Part shown: positions 63,841 through 64,000 of the stretch, piece after piece
Layout of the letters: every line of letters starts with the position of its first letter
Numbering within the stretch: the stretch's first letter is position 1
NCBI GenBank assembly: GCA_041659685.1
Contig: JBAZXV010000001.1
Location: 178,771-242,770, forward strand
Direction of reading: 5' to 3'
Length of the DNA stretch: 64,000 nt
Source of the DNA: Parcubacteria group bacterium
GTDB lineage: Bacteria; Patescibacteriota; Minisyncoccia; Moranbacterales; UBA11712
Notes under the pieces: generated by a model
Told to the model about the DNA's origin: nothing
Seen by the model: only the letters and a program-made list of their open reading frames with translations
Databases searched by the model: none
Position numbers and translations under genes: made by a program

Positions 63841-64000
63841 AATAAACTCACTTCATCTTTTGGCCAAGAAAATATTTCTGGAACTTTCGGGAATTAATCG
63901 GGATTATTTGAATTAAAAAAAGATTATCCGCACCTTAAACATCGGAAGTATTGCGCTTTTTTTTGCCTATGCTATAATTTTCTCAAACCATGATCCATTT

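Noticed and set aside
63990-64000. Possible plus-strand gene start (ATGATCCATTT) after a TGcTATAAT box at the right edge.
   Set aside because: Only 11 nt are visible, which is too little to support a call.

Overview
Low-GC (about 30-40% in hand-counted blocks), very gene-dense bacterial chromosome segment, mostly coded on the minus strand. Gene content suggests a small-genome Patescibacteria/CPR-like organism: short EF-Ts, a broken ribosomal-protein operon, extended ribosomal proteins, DUF4012 and a membrane-anchored Clp-like ATPase. This placement is inference only, since no search was possible. Left to right: valS (partial, runs off the left edge and is missing from the ORF track), ddpX, pheT and a frameshifted pheS. 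Then a small GC-rich two-gene patch, an amidohydrolase, a membrane-anchored double-AAA+ Clp-like ATPase and tRNA-Thr/tRNA-Tyr. Then PSP1/RicT, tsf, rpsB and rpmE, followed by a NUDIX/kinase/phosphoesterase/SemiSWEET operon and a second GC-rich patch upstream of prfA-prmC. Then the infA-rpmJ-rpsM-rpsK-rpsD-rpoA-rplQ-rplM-rpsI cluster, and ftsA followed by an unknown 661-aa membrane protein. Then cell-wall hydrolases and an ECF-sigma-linked MacAB/YknXYZ-like exporter with three DUF5666-like paralogs. The right third is a dTDP-rhamnose/glycosyltransferase/Wzy/Wzz surface-polysaccharide locus. The main anomalies are as follows. (1) A ~5.8-kb GC-rich island (55.5-61.3 kb) splits the polysaccharide locus. 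It encodes only signal-peptide proteins of unknown function plus an L,D-transpeptidase. (2) An ~88-nt hairpin-rich element with GNRA loops occurs twice: next to tRNA-Tyr, bracketed by a 31-nt duplication of the tRNA 3' end, and after rpsI. (3) A GC-rich palindromic micro-repeat occurs in two intergenic sites and in-frame inside rfbC. (4) Two single-base homopolymer frameshifts affect pheS and a Wzz-like gene. (5) A four-helix-bundle gene cassette is wedged into the rfb operon between short tandem repeats. No CRISPR array, integrase, transposase or reverse transcriptase was seen.
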